Positions 1-12,200 of a DNA stretch of 64,000 nt are shown one piece after another. The notes beneath the pieces were generated by a model, which worked only from the letters and a program-made list of their open reading frames with translations, was not told the origin of the DNA and did no database searches. The stretch lies in NCBI GenBank assembly GCA_002189035.1, contig NEEC01000009.1, positions 310,001-374,000 of the forward strand. Reading direction: 5' to 3'. Both the position numbers and the translations under genes were made by a program. Position 1 is the first letter of the stretch. The number at the start of each line of letters is the position of its first letter. This DNA comes from Utricularia gibba (lineage: Eukaryota > Plantae > Magnoliophyta).

Positions 1-287
1 CTCTGCATTTTGAAAACAAATTGGCAAAAAAATACTGCAGTTATCCAGCATTAAATGCGCTGGGCAGTTGACAACCGCCCAGCGCTATTTATGCCCCCCT
101 GCGCACACTAAAGGCGCCTGACATTGAACACTTTTCAAAACACCTTCATTAATTGCGCAGCAGCACCGCGAAAACAGATGGGTTGACAACCTCTCCACAA
201 CAACGTCGCGATGGTAGGAACCTTTGCCTTTAGCGTTAAAAATACTTCGTTTCGGCCGTCGAGTAAGACGTCTGTTGTTTTCCGTAG

Positions 288-817
288 ATGTTGACGTGTG
301 AGAAACTGCGTGCCCGCTTCTCAATTCCCGACGGTTACGCGATGCGGTATAAACAACCAGGTGAAACGTCCGACACCAAACCGCCATCCAGAGTCGGAGG
401 ATCGGGTTTCGCCATCAGCATCGAGCACTTTCGGTGTGGATTGTGACTGCCCCCGCCCCCTTTCTTGGTGCAGATACTTGATGCACTCCACATCCCACTC
501 TCCCACCTCACACCACGTTCTGTGGCGCACATACTCGCATTTGTGCAAATCTGTGAAGAGGAGGATATACCCCCGGAAATACGTGTCTTCTTTGCGGTTT
601 TGTTTGTATGCAACGTAAGGGGAGTCCGCACTACTCGCTTCATGGAAAACTTGGTGTGGTTCTGGTTACAGACGTGAGAAGCACATATGATGATTGGTGG
701 ACTAGTTTTGTATGGGTATGCCCACCCACCACTCTAGATTGGCCAACAACGTTGACAGTGTCAGAGAATGTTGGACACCCATCAGGTAATCACAAACAAT
801 TACTTCGAATATTCTAA
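288..817 (+). pseudogene. Decayed Transposase_28-like (putative gypsy-type transposon) ORF, as found in Tat-lineage Ty3/gypsy extra ORFs
   Basis: Frame from ATG 288 reads LRARFSIPDGY...EHFRCGL*LPPAPFLVQILDALHIPLSHLTPRSVAHILAFVQICEEEDIPP, resembling the FxxGLRLPxHPFL...QLTPNS...F...CE motif. It has an internal TGA and a frameshift into the 608-817 frame (WWTSFVWV). Confidence 0.65.
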
Positions 818-1188
818 CGTCGTCTGCAATAGTACTCATGCTTTTTGTTGTTATGGTCGTTGTAGACATCGAGGTATTGCCAAAACGTGCAGCAAGGAAG
901 TTTGTAAATTTTTTGTCTTACAGAACAAAGTCACTAAAGGACGTGTTGCCCCCCTTTGTCAATGCCCCTAGGACACAGCATCTGTGGTGTGGAACCCCTC
1001 GACACCGTAGACAACGTGAGATTAGGAATTAAGATCCTGAGAAGGTGACCCATGAAGAGGATGCAGATGTGCAGCCAGAAGTCAGGGGCAACACGGATGA
1101 GTGCCAACACCGATCTCGACACATGACGATGGGTGTGGTGCTACCACTGCAAAGTATATTGAAGTGGAGAGACTGTATGTAGAGAATC

Positions 1189-1585
1189 TTGAACTTTTGG
1201 CTTGCATGGTATGAACAAACATGGTCATATAGTGGAGTGTCAAGTAATAACGCAGCCCCACCATGTAAGTTGTTAATATTTGACGTGAATGGCGTAACTG
1301 CGGACATTGTGTATCCTCGCGAAGTTAGGTGGGGAGCGCCGAAGCCAGATGCCGTCATATACGGGCGAAATGGTAATATGGTGTATTTCATATGCATTTA
1401 ATATCCGGTGCATGTGTCAGAACTATTTGTTGTGGTTGTAGTGTATCTTCGACCAGGTGCACGTGAGTTGATACAGTTTTGCATGGAACACTTTGACGTC
1501 GCCATTTGGTCTTCCAGAGGACAGTAAGATTGACCAGTTAGTAGGTAATGGTATCTGCACGGTGCTGACCTTTCCTTTTTCTGAC
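1189..1585 (+). pseudogene. 5' fragment of a NIF/FCP1-homology HAD phosphatase-like gene (copy 1)
   Basis: KLLIFDVNGVTADIV, then an intron-like gap (GT at ~1373, AG at ~1440), then YLRPGARELIQFCMEHFDVAIWSSRG. About 1300-1585 is homologous to the reverse complement of ~37160-37440. Confidence 0.7.
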
Positions 1586-1817
1586 AAGATGCAAGGGATG
1601 TGTGGCTATAAAAGGCCATCTCCAATACCCTTCACGTGTAGTGGTGTGTTGTGAACGTGGAGAAGAGTTGATGAAATTTTGTGTGAGAGCATGAAGGAGA
1701 GGATCTGCTGCTACATAGAAGTTCTAACTTCTACTGATAGTTTCATATTGTAAATCATTAATCTGTTTAACACTTGGAGTATTGTACTCTTGGTGAAAAC
1801 TCATATTAAATTTCATT

Positions 1818-1952
1818 GCCATTCGCCAGGGCGATTCTGAAATCGCGGAAGTTTTGTTTGATCAAGCCGCTCAGTATTGGAAACAGGCTATCACACTTAC
1901 TCCTGGTAATTATATTGAAGCACACAATTGGTTGAAGATCACGAGACGTTTC
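1818..1952 (+). pseudogene. ycf3: Plastid-derived insertion (NUPT): ycf3 exon 3 fragment
   Basis: Translates [45 protein letters not shown], which matches the Ycf3 C-terminus ([42 protein letters not shown]). Confidence 0.9.
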
Positions 1953-3207
1953 TTGGAGTTTTTAAGTTCAAGAGGTTTCCCAGTTTTTTAGGTTTTACTT
2001 AGTAAATCTTGCTCTTGTTTTTATTTTATAATTTCCATATTTCCAACACTTTTATCACAACTTGAATCTAAAACTTGTTATGGCTTCGTGGAAACTCAAA
2101 GCTTTACAAACTGATAGCAATTGAGACATACACACCATGATATACTCTTATGTTTCAGGTAAAACACCACAGGAAGTTTCCATTGCCGGGCTAAATGCAG
2201 AGATGATGCCTCTGACAGAAAAGTTCCTGCTATTCATCTACAGAGGCTCCTGTTCTTCTTCCCCCTCCATCAGGCTCTGATTTAAGCAGGTAATGATCAT
2301 TTCATCAAGTTTCCATTGCCTAACTCCGGAGTGAATCCCCGCGAAGGTTACAACCACCCCTCTGCACCAACATTATTGGTAACACGGCAGTATTGAAGGA
2401 CGCTGGCATTTGCGACTCAAACGACGTGGAAACCCTTGTACTAACTGATAGAGGCCAATCTCTTGTCAACCCTCATATTGGGTCCCCCAAGTCAATGAAG
2501 AGGATTTCAAGATATGAACTTTCTCGCTTTTCGTCATCGCCATTGTAGAGTCCGTTCGCCGGATTTTCCTAGATTTTGAACATCGTGATTGTGTGGCATT
2601 ACATGTTATTTTGTTGATGAATAGTTTTGTAGAAATTCTACTCGTTGATCTCCTCGTTGACTTCACGGCAATCCGGCAGTGGTGCCAGCTGTGAGACCGT
2701 GAACAATTTTTTGTCTGCGTATGTGCGTCAGCTGAAAATCAAAATAAAAAAAAAAAAAAACAAGAGCTTTCATCCTCATCAAGTTTCTGCGTATGTCTAC
2801 GTTGGGCATGGAGTTCATCAATGATGGGTGGAGGTACCCATCGCCGTTCGCTGTCAGGTTGCCACAAAAAACATATACATTTTTTTAATATGGAAATGAG
2901 AATTACACGCAACAGTGATTCTCGGCTTATTGGCAGATGGATGACTCTGCCATGAAAGCAGCTTCCTTGTTGGCGCATATAACTCATCTGGGTTTCCTCA
3001 AAATGATGGGCGTGTGTTGCTTGTGGAATCCATGTGCAGCACACGCGACTGCTCCGGCGACCACGCGAAAGCGGTAAGCTGGTGCCGATTTAACTCCTTT
3101 GGCCCCTTCATAAAATCAAGTTTTTAAGGTCTCATCATCACTGTGGCGGTCTTCATTTTTTCTTCCTCCAGAGCTGTTAGCGTCTAAATTATTGTCCAAG
3201 TTGAAGA

Positions 3208-5934
3208 ATGAAGGAGCTAAGGCCACTTTTTCACCTTCTGCTTGCACTCTGTACTCACTGGGTTGCCGAGGAGATGACGGTTTCTGTGCTTGTTGATGTT
3301 ACAACTAACGCTCTGTGTCCAGGAAAAAATACTTGCCCTGAAGCCATCTACCTTAACGGCGTACAACAAACGGTAACCTTTTTGGTCTGGGTAAAAAGGA
3401 CTTCAGCTTTACACTTTTGTTTCTGTAACAAGAAAAAAAAAAAAAAGAAACTCCCAAATGAAGGCTTTCATTGGTTGGGCAAGTTGATGATGTTTTTAGG
3501 CAGAGTTATGTTCATCTTTCCACGGATAGCGTTTTAGATCCAGCAAATCCTGGGATATGGATGCAAATCCATTGAAAATGGCCTCAAAACTTGGAAAGAA
3601 AACCGTTTTGGTTACCATTAAACTTTTTTCTCGCTTTCAGGTTGTTGGGGTTTTCAAGATGGTAGTCCTTCCACTCCTTGGTCAACTTGCAGATGAATAT
3701 GGCCGTAAACCTTTGCTTCTCTTGACTATCTCAACGTCGATTGCACCATTCAGTAGGCCCAGAATCATTTTTATTCTCCATCAAACATATTTTCTTTCAT
3801 GTCTAAACCATCATCATCTTTTTCAGCTGTTCTCGCCTTCAGTCAATCAAGAAGATCTGTTTATGCTTACTATGTCATCAGAACCATTTGTAATGTGCTA
3901 AGCCAAGGGAGCATCTTCACAATTTCCATCGCTTATGCTGTAAGGATGTTCCTTATCATCTGATGCACTCGGCCAAATCCTTCTATTTGACTGAATTTGC
4001 ACTATCCAAAGGCGGACATTGTGGATGACAGTAGGAGGGCAGCAGTGTTCGCTTGGATAACGGGCCTTTTGTCTGTATCGCATGTGCTAGGAAACATGGT
4101 TGCTCGATTTCTCCAGTCACAATATATCTTTGAGGCATGCTCTTATTCGATATCCCGACTCTTCTATTTGTGATTTTTTTTTTCTGGCTAGTGATAATGA
4201 TGTGACATGAATTCCATTCCCAGGTTTCATTAGCTCTTTTGATATTTGGCCCGGTGTACGCATCAATGTTTCTTAAAGAAACTGTCGTACGAACTATAGA
4301 GCCAGACCAGGAATTACCGATCATGAAAAAGGTTTGTAAGGTTGCTAGACAACGATATTGCTCAATGAAGAATGCTGCAGATATTGTCACCAGAAGGTAA
4401 TTGTAGGCCTCGTGAGTTCAGAAATACTGCGTTCAGTATTTTTAACTGATGCTTGATTTCTTCACAGCTCAACTCTCAAGTCCATTTGCCTGGTTTCTTT
4501 CTTCTATGACCTGGGGATGTCTGCTATCAACAGCGTCTTGTTGGTATAACTCGTTTTCAAAGCTTCCATCTCTTATTGCTACTTTTGAATTTGAATCATA
4601 GATACTACTGTTTTGTCATTCAGACCATGCTGACTTGTGTAACATTTCTTCATAAACTCACAGTACTACTTGAAATCAGTTTTTGGTTTCAACAAAAACC
4701 AGCTCTCAGAACTTAACATGATGGTAGGAATAGGCTCAATTTTTTCTCAGGTACAATACCTCATTCTGTCCTCTTTACTCTTCCTATTGAGCGTCCTCAG
4801 TGCTGTTTTTTATGTCTCTTGCCTCGAATATAAGTACACTGTCTAATCATCCTCCCCCTAAATCCTATTTTAACCATTTTCTCTTGCAGCTGATGTTGCT
4901 TCCTGTACTCAGTCCTGTCGTTGGAGTGAAAGTCATTCTCTGGATATCTTTGCTCGCATCAATAGCAACTGTACGTTTTGTAAGATGAAAACTGAATACG
5001 AGATTTCACATATGTTAGTAATTCTAACCTTCCCAAACTGCTCTTGTTCCAGGGACTGCTATATGGTTTTGCTTGGTCATCTTGGGTTCGTGCCCTTCTT
5101 TCCCCTCCCGTTAGCTCTTAAAACAACATCACATTCGATCTTATCATACTTAGTTACCGCTGCTAGTATCTTTCTGTACATTTATCAGATTCCCATCCAG
5201 TGTGAAATCTTGCATTTGTGCCTTTCACAGGTTCCCTACTTGGGTGCTTCCTTCGGTGTCATCTATGTCCTCGTGAAGCCTTCTGTTCGTCATTTCCCTT
5301 AAAAAGCTATGCTTTTTTTTGGCTGCCACAGGAGCAAATTGTTATCATTTTAATGTCTGTGTTTCTTTGCATTTCCTACAGACTTATGCAGTGATATCCA
5401 TGGGATCAAACTCAGCTGATCAGGTTGGTCTTTCTCATCACTTTGAAAACCTCTGCAGAAGGCCAGTCTACTAACTCTCGGATTCTTTCTCCTCTTCCAA
5501 CTAAGGGAAAAGCACAGGGCTTTGTCGCCGGCATCCAAGCTATTGGCAGCCTGCTTTCCCCACTCGCAATGAGCCCACTAACCAGTGAGTCTCCCCTAAA
5601 CCATGGCCTAAGAAGCTCTTTCCCATTTCCAAGGGAAATTTTCTTCTTGTTCTGAACTCTTGTTCTTCTTCAACTCAGCATGGTTTCTGTCAAGCAACCC
5701 CCCTTTCAACTGCAAAGGCTTCAGCATCATCTTGGCATCTCTTGCAATGGTAATCACATGGACAGCAGCCCCTCACCACTTTGGTTGCACCCTGCTGTGT
5801 ATCTCATTGGAGAATGCCCTTCTCAGGTGGTTTCCTTGTGCTTCACCACGACGTTAAACGTCGAAAACCCATTGGAAAAGAGTCCACAAGATGATGTGCG
5901 AGATGTGGAAGCGCCACTCTTGTCTCAAGGATGA
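3208..5934 (+). CDS. Major facilitator superfamily transporter, HIAT1/tetracycline-transporter-like, 14 exons
   Basis: Exons 3208-3372, 3641-3752, 3827-3939, 4012-4134, 4224-4396, 4468-4543, 4664-4750, 4890-4970, 5053-5085, 5231-5284, 5382-5423, 5506-5584, 5679-5749, 5827-5934 join in frame. MFS motif [14 protein letters not shown] and second-half [19 protein letters not shown] are present. Intron 4 is GC-AG. Confidence 0.92.
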
Positions 5935-6197
5935 TGAAGAGAAGGCATTTTGTAGAGTTCAGAAGCCCCTTGGGGGCGTTGGTTCCAGTTGTGCATATGG
6001 CGTAATGGAACTTGCAAATAACAGAGCATGTAAAAAGGTCTAATGTTGTGGGAAATAGAAAATGGAGCTTTATAACTGATAATCCATAACTTCCGGTCGG
6101 CTAAGATCCGAACCGGTCGACCCGACCCAATCCGATACGATACGATATTCGAAGCAGCACCTAGATTGTTCATCCGCTAGCTCATGGCACCAACGCC

Positions 6198-8132
6198 ATG
6201 AGAACTCTACTCTCTTCTCCGGTGTCCACTGCTGTGTACGCTGTTACTCCCGCGCCGCCGGGATATGGGCGTCAGAAGCATACGCTGCCGCCAGCTCTCT
6301 TCGTCTCCGGAAAGATATTGACGCAGCCTTGCAATCTCCTAACTTCCGCCTTCAGCTCAATTACTGCGAAAGCAGAGTCCGCTTCGGTTTCTGCTTGTTT
6401 CGAATCCACTTCCTCTTCGGATAGCAGGCATTGGGTGGTTGTGGTGGAGCACCCATCGCCAGAGCTGCGTACGAAATCGCAAATTATTGATCATTACGTT
6501 AGCATACTTGAACGCATTTTGGGGAGGTGGGGATTCAGGAATTGTTTATGAGTCTTATTTTCGCCTGTTGTTATTGCTGCGAGTTTTCATATACTGCGCT
6601 GCTCGTGCAGTCAGAGGGATGCTCAAAGATGTATGTATCATGCCTCCTGTGATACGCATTTTGGTTTCTGTTGTGAAATTGATGAAGAAACCAGAATAAA
6701 GCTGGCAGGTACGTTCTCACTTCACCATTGGCATTATGCTTTCTTTTGTACTGTTTATACAAGATTATCAAAACTGGAACTTTTTGCCCCTCGATATTAT
6801 TCTAAAGGCGTTGGTGCCCTGAAATTCGAGGGAAACATATGTGCGACAACAGTTGTTATAGAATAAGTCCACTTCCGCAGGTGTACCAGGGGTTCTATCT
6901 GTTAAACCTGATCCTGATGTTGAATCTGAACAGAAAGACTACATTTCTCTGAATCATGAGGAGAACAATGAAACTATTTCCTTAAATGGAGTCTCATTCT
7001 TGTTTCCCAAAGGATCTAGCAAAACATGGATGGTGAGAATGGAAAGGCCATCAATTGGAGCCATCCGAAAGGCTCAGGTGGTTGACTACTATGTCCAAGT
7101 CTTGATGAGAGTACTGAGGAAGTGAGTGCCAAGATGGAATGGTTAAGCATTTCCCTGACTCAGAATATCCTTGTTTACTGACTTTGTCTTTCTTAACAGT
7201 GAAAAAGATGCCCAAATGTGTATTTATCACGTTTCCTGGGAATCCGTCTTTGGTTTCTGCTGCGAACTGGATCTTGAAAGCGCTGAACAGTTGACTGGTC
7301 TGATTCTCGTGTTAAATCATAATCCATTTTAATGGCCGCTTCCTCACAAGGAAATGTGTCCTGCAGCTATGCCTGGCGTTCTGTCTGTGAAGCCAGATGA
7401 TAACTTCTGGTCGCATGCTAAAGATTATGGAGGTATCCCATCTCTATTTTCTTCAGTTTAAGCTTTCTGTCATGTTAACACAGGAAATCTTTGTATCTGA
7501 ACAGTCGCAGGTTCAACTTCCCAAGGTGTTTCAGGATCAAGTTTAACAAGCGAGATTAGAACGAAGAAGCTGTTTGTTACTGGCATGTTATATGCACCCT
7601 TATTTTCGTTGTGATCCTGATGGAAATAACAGCAAGTCATGGACGGAATTGCCATGAATTTCTGCAGGTCTCTCCTTTTACACATCTGAGAAAACCTTAC
7701 GTGCCGCGTTTGAAGGTTTTGGCGAAATTGCTGAGGGTATGGACAAGATCTTAAAAACCATGCTATTTCTGGAATACACCATTTTAGTCTTAAAAACCCT
7801 CTGATGCTCACAGTCAAGATAATAATGGACAAGATCTCCAAGAGGTCAAAAGGGTATGGGTTTGTGGAATACACCACAGAGGAGGCTGCAATGACTGCTC
7901 TCAGAGAAATGAACGGAAAGGTATCATCATCTATCTGTGTTCCATTTTTCAGATTTTTGGATGTGCTTTTCACCTCCATTTTTCTGCCACAACTCTTCAA
8001 AATCCTTAATACATGCGAGCGTATTCTGTGCATCAGATCATCAATGGCTGGATGATAACAGTTGACGCTGCCAAGACGAACCCACCGAAGTACACCAGGA
8101 CCCAGCCAACAAGATCCTCCTTTTCATCATAG
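6198..8132 (+). CDS. ORRM1: Organelle RRM domain-containing protein 1 (plastid RNA-editing factor): two MORF/RIP boxes plus C-terminal RRM, 9 exons
   Basis: Transit-peptide-like N-terminus. Two RIP boxes (RHWVVVVEHP...IIDHYV...HFGFCCEID and TWMVRMERP...VVDYYVQVL...FGFCCELD). RRM KKLFVTGLSFYTSEKTLRAAFEGFGE...RSKGYGFVEY. TAG at 8130-8132. Intron 7583-7667 is GC-AG. Confidence 0.92.
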
Positions 8133-10179
8133 AAGAGACACAGTTGCTTGGTGGACATCTTTCCCTTTGTTTGAAAAGGCGAAAGGGGCCTGAATATTGG
8201 TGGCAAAGTAGTTGTGTATGACTTTGGTTTGATATTTACAAAATAACGGAATTGGTAATAACGTTTATAAAATAATTGTGATATATACACAAATATATGT
8301 ATAGTCGAGTTGCAATAGACTTCAGTTCTTAATTATCTAGTATGATTTTTTTAATATTATTTCAAAAATTTTCAATAAACATAAACATGACATAATAATC
8401 ATTTTTTGCACATTTAATGGAAATGCACAAATATTGTCAATTATGATTTTTATTTTATATATTATTTTTAAATTTCCTAAAATCTCAAACAAAATTTAAT
8501 AATGCATAGTATTGAGTATAAAAAATTTTATTTAATATAATGCATACACGATAGAAATTATTTGTTATCATATTTTTAATATCATTTCCAAATATTCAAT
8601 CAACTAAAAGGATGAATTTCATTGGATAACATATTTCTTATTTATAAAGAAACATGATATCAAAAAGGTTTTTGCATTTATATATAATCTTACATAAAGT
8701 TCTATCAAGTATAATTTCATAAATATAAAAAAATCATAGGATATTTTTATAAAATAGAGCATTAAATTGATGAGGTAGTCTAGGTATAGATTTAGATTGA
8801 CCAAGACAAAACATTAATGAGGTTTTGAAATGATTGTGATTTATCTAACAAAAAATATCTACATATTTAAATCATAGGAATTAGAGTACCCCATGATATA
8901 TCTACGAATAATAAATGTAAATATTAAACTTTGATTGGCCTGACTATCAACATATAGGCTATTCACATTTTGTATAAGTTTCCACTATACTTGGGAGGTT
9001 TTGAGTTTCAAAAGGATATCTGCATGATGATCAATTATTCTTAAATGCATGTGTCAATAAATCTTCTACATCAAAATGACGAGAAGCACAAGGTGCATGA
9101 GTTCAAACTTGTTGTGATGCTTCTGAGTTCTTGTCTAGATACATTGTCAAGATCATAATGCTTGTTATGTTGTACAACCATGTCTAAGTGTGGATTGACA
9201 ATCAATTAGAGAATTTTATTGTAGATCATTCCGTCTTAATTTAAAGGAGAGAAGGATCCATATAATAGATATTACATTTCAATATTCCTTATTACATAGT
9301 ATGGTTTTGGTTATGGTTCATAATTTTAATTTTTAGTTCATTTCAAAAATATAATGAATGAATGAGATGTTACATATGATTTTTTTTATAAAACTTAAGT
9401 AGTATGAATTATGTAATATTTTTTTTGTTGTGTTCTATACAAAATTTAGATAGATACATCTTATCTTATAGGATTGCATTATTTCTTATCAATTTAATAT
9501 ATATTTTAACATGCTATACAAATTCCAATCAATGCATAACAATTAGTAAACAAAATAAAATCACATTCAATGAATTTCGTAATTATCTATTTAAATAATT
9601 ATTTTTTTATAAATAAACATAATATTATATATTTATAGAAAACTATATAGTACATTCAACTAATAAATAGATTATAGTGTGTGAAATCTTTAATATTTTT
9701 TCATGTTTGTGTTTATTGAATTTTAAATGAATTCAATAAATTATTAAATTATAATCAAATATAGTATTTTTGTACACAATTTTTGAATTATTTGAAATCT
9801 AATATTTTTTATGTAATATATTTTTAAGAAATATAAATTCAACTTTAAATATTTTAATTTATATAAATAATAATAATAAAAGATTGAGATAAAAAACATT
9901 CAAATTGAAAACATGTTTTTTTCCATCAAATTTTAATTTTCTATTTATTGAAAAGTAAAAAAAATACATTATATTATTGAAATATCCATTTATATAAAAA
10001 TAATTATTTAATAATTCATAATAATATATAATACAATTCTACATGTCATTCTTATCATCCTATTTACCAATCCAATAATTATCTCATTAACATTTTAATG
10101 GTTTAATCAGAGCTTTTGTTTGTTGTTTTTCACTTTTTACAAAAATTAGTAGTGTAACATTCTTGTTTTTCATGTAGTT

Positions 10180-12200
10180 TTTTATGACATAAAATTTAAT
10201 CATAATATGTTTTATTCTTACAAAAAGTGCATGATTTTTTCATTGGCAATTGTTGTCTGATTGTCCACATAGAATATCATTGGATCCTTTTGTTCAAAAC
10301 CTAATTCCAATAAGATTGCCTTATGTAAATCATATGATTAGCAACGAGCATGCAAAAATGTATTCTAATTCCACTATGATATGTGCCACTACAAAATACT
10401 AATGAGATAATCGTTAAGATGATAAAGATATTCTGTTATACTCTTTGAATCTTCACATTGATTGCAATTGTCGTCTGAATATATTCCCAAGATACATTTC
10501 TAGTTTTATCTTCTAAATATGCATAGAAAATCCCCATGTGAGTAGTTTTATTTAAATAGTGAACGACCAATTTTGGTATTGTTTGATTTGTTGCTTTTGA
10601 CTTTAATATTTATTTTGATAGAATATTCATTGTTAGATAGTTTGATAAACGTAAAATTTTGTTTCATTGCTAAAAAATTGAATTCCATATCAAATAAACT
10701 TATAAAACCTAATTCTAAATCCAACACATCAAATGTGAGTATATATAGTGAAATTAGGATCAAACACAAATAGTTTACTGTTTGTTGTATGAAGTTTAAC
10801 ACAGTCTATTTTCTTAAGATAGAATATTAAATTAAAACTGCAACTAACATATTGTGAATGTCAAGATAAATATGAATCAAGACAAGTTGAGAAAATGTTG
10901 AAATTTTTTTTACAGATATGTAAATTCAAAATTTAAAAATAAAAAAAGTAGAAATATAATGAACTTTTCGTGTATATTTTTTTCACTATGAAATTCGTGT
11001 TCTGATTTTTATGTATCTTACAATAAATTTTAATGTTATTATGACATTATAATATAAATATTATTTCTTTTGTCAATCATAACTATATCACATATTTTAA
11101 AATTCATCGTATATATTCTATTTTCTTTCAAAAATCATTGACTACAACTTTTTAAAGAGTATCTTCTTTATCATTTAATGTTATATCATATTTTTCAATT
11201 ATTTGTCATATATCTTTTTTCAAACATACAATTAAATACACTAAACCCAAGAAAATATATGCAAAAATGGCAATTAATATAATTAAACTAATATAAGAAA
11301 AATCTATAATTTTTATTATACACTTTTTTAAACAATTTATCATTTAAAGTATAGTACTTGTTTTTATCAAACACCACATTTCTTTATAACCTTCTACTTA
11401 GCATCACTATATCCCACAAATATTCATACTTTTTTCTATTTTCATCAAACTTATGTCGTTTTTCTTCAAGTACATTAACAAAACATGTCATGGAAGATTT
11501 TAAATGAGCACAATATCTATGCTTTCTAAATGACAAGTCATACGCATTTTTACCATTTACAATTCTAGATGAAAGTCTGTTTAGAATATATAATATAGTA
11601 GTATTAGTTTATACTAAAAATAAGTAATTAAGTTTTATTTCAAATAAAATACATCTAATCATATTCAAAACTATTTTATTTTTCCTTCCACAAATCTCAT
11701 TTTACCTAGGAGTATGCACAGTTGTAAAATGATATAAAATTCTTGATTTATTATAGAAGATTCACAAGATATTGGAAGTATATCCCCCTCCAATATCTGA
11801 TCTCAAGCATTTCAATTTGAATTTATTTTTTTTCTCCAATATATTCTTTTTTTAACATACTCATATGTTTGGTAATTTGATTTCGGATGTATATCCAATA
11901 ATATTGAGAATAATAATCAATAAGTAAGAAGCCTTTTCTATCTTCAAGTGAAATCTTATAAAATGAGTCCATAAATTTGTGTACAAGTTTCAACTTATAT
12001 TATGATCAATTGGCATTCAACATAAATTAAAGCTTAGTTTATTTTCTTCTCTTGGATGTCCCATATCATTTTCGTTAAAATTTTACGTCTCTTAAGTCCT
12101 TTGTATTTTTTTCTCAATATTTGTAGACTTTGAGTTCCATAATATGAAAACATTCTGTGGCATAGATAGGCTTATTGAAAGTATTCAAAATGTAGTCATT
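10180..12200 (-). mobile_element. Highly decayed Ty1/copia pol remnants (integrase ~11700-12200, RNase H ~10180-10450)
   Basis: Minus strand reads ILLELGFEQKDPMIFYVDNQTTIA...RIKHI (copia RNase H) and LKLVH (frameshifted LELVHTDxWGP integrase motif). Many stops and indels; boundaries approximate. Confidence 0.55.

Noticed and set aside
8880-9240. Possible decayed hAT or other transposase (THAPCAS...)
   Set aside because: Only a weak motif with multiple stops; no family can be supported.
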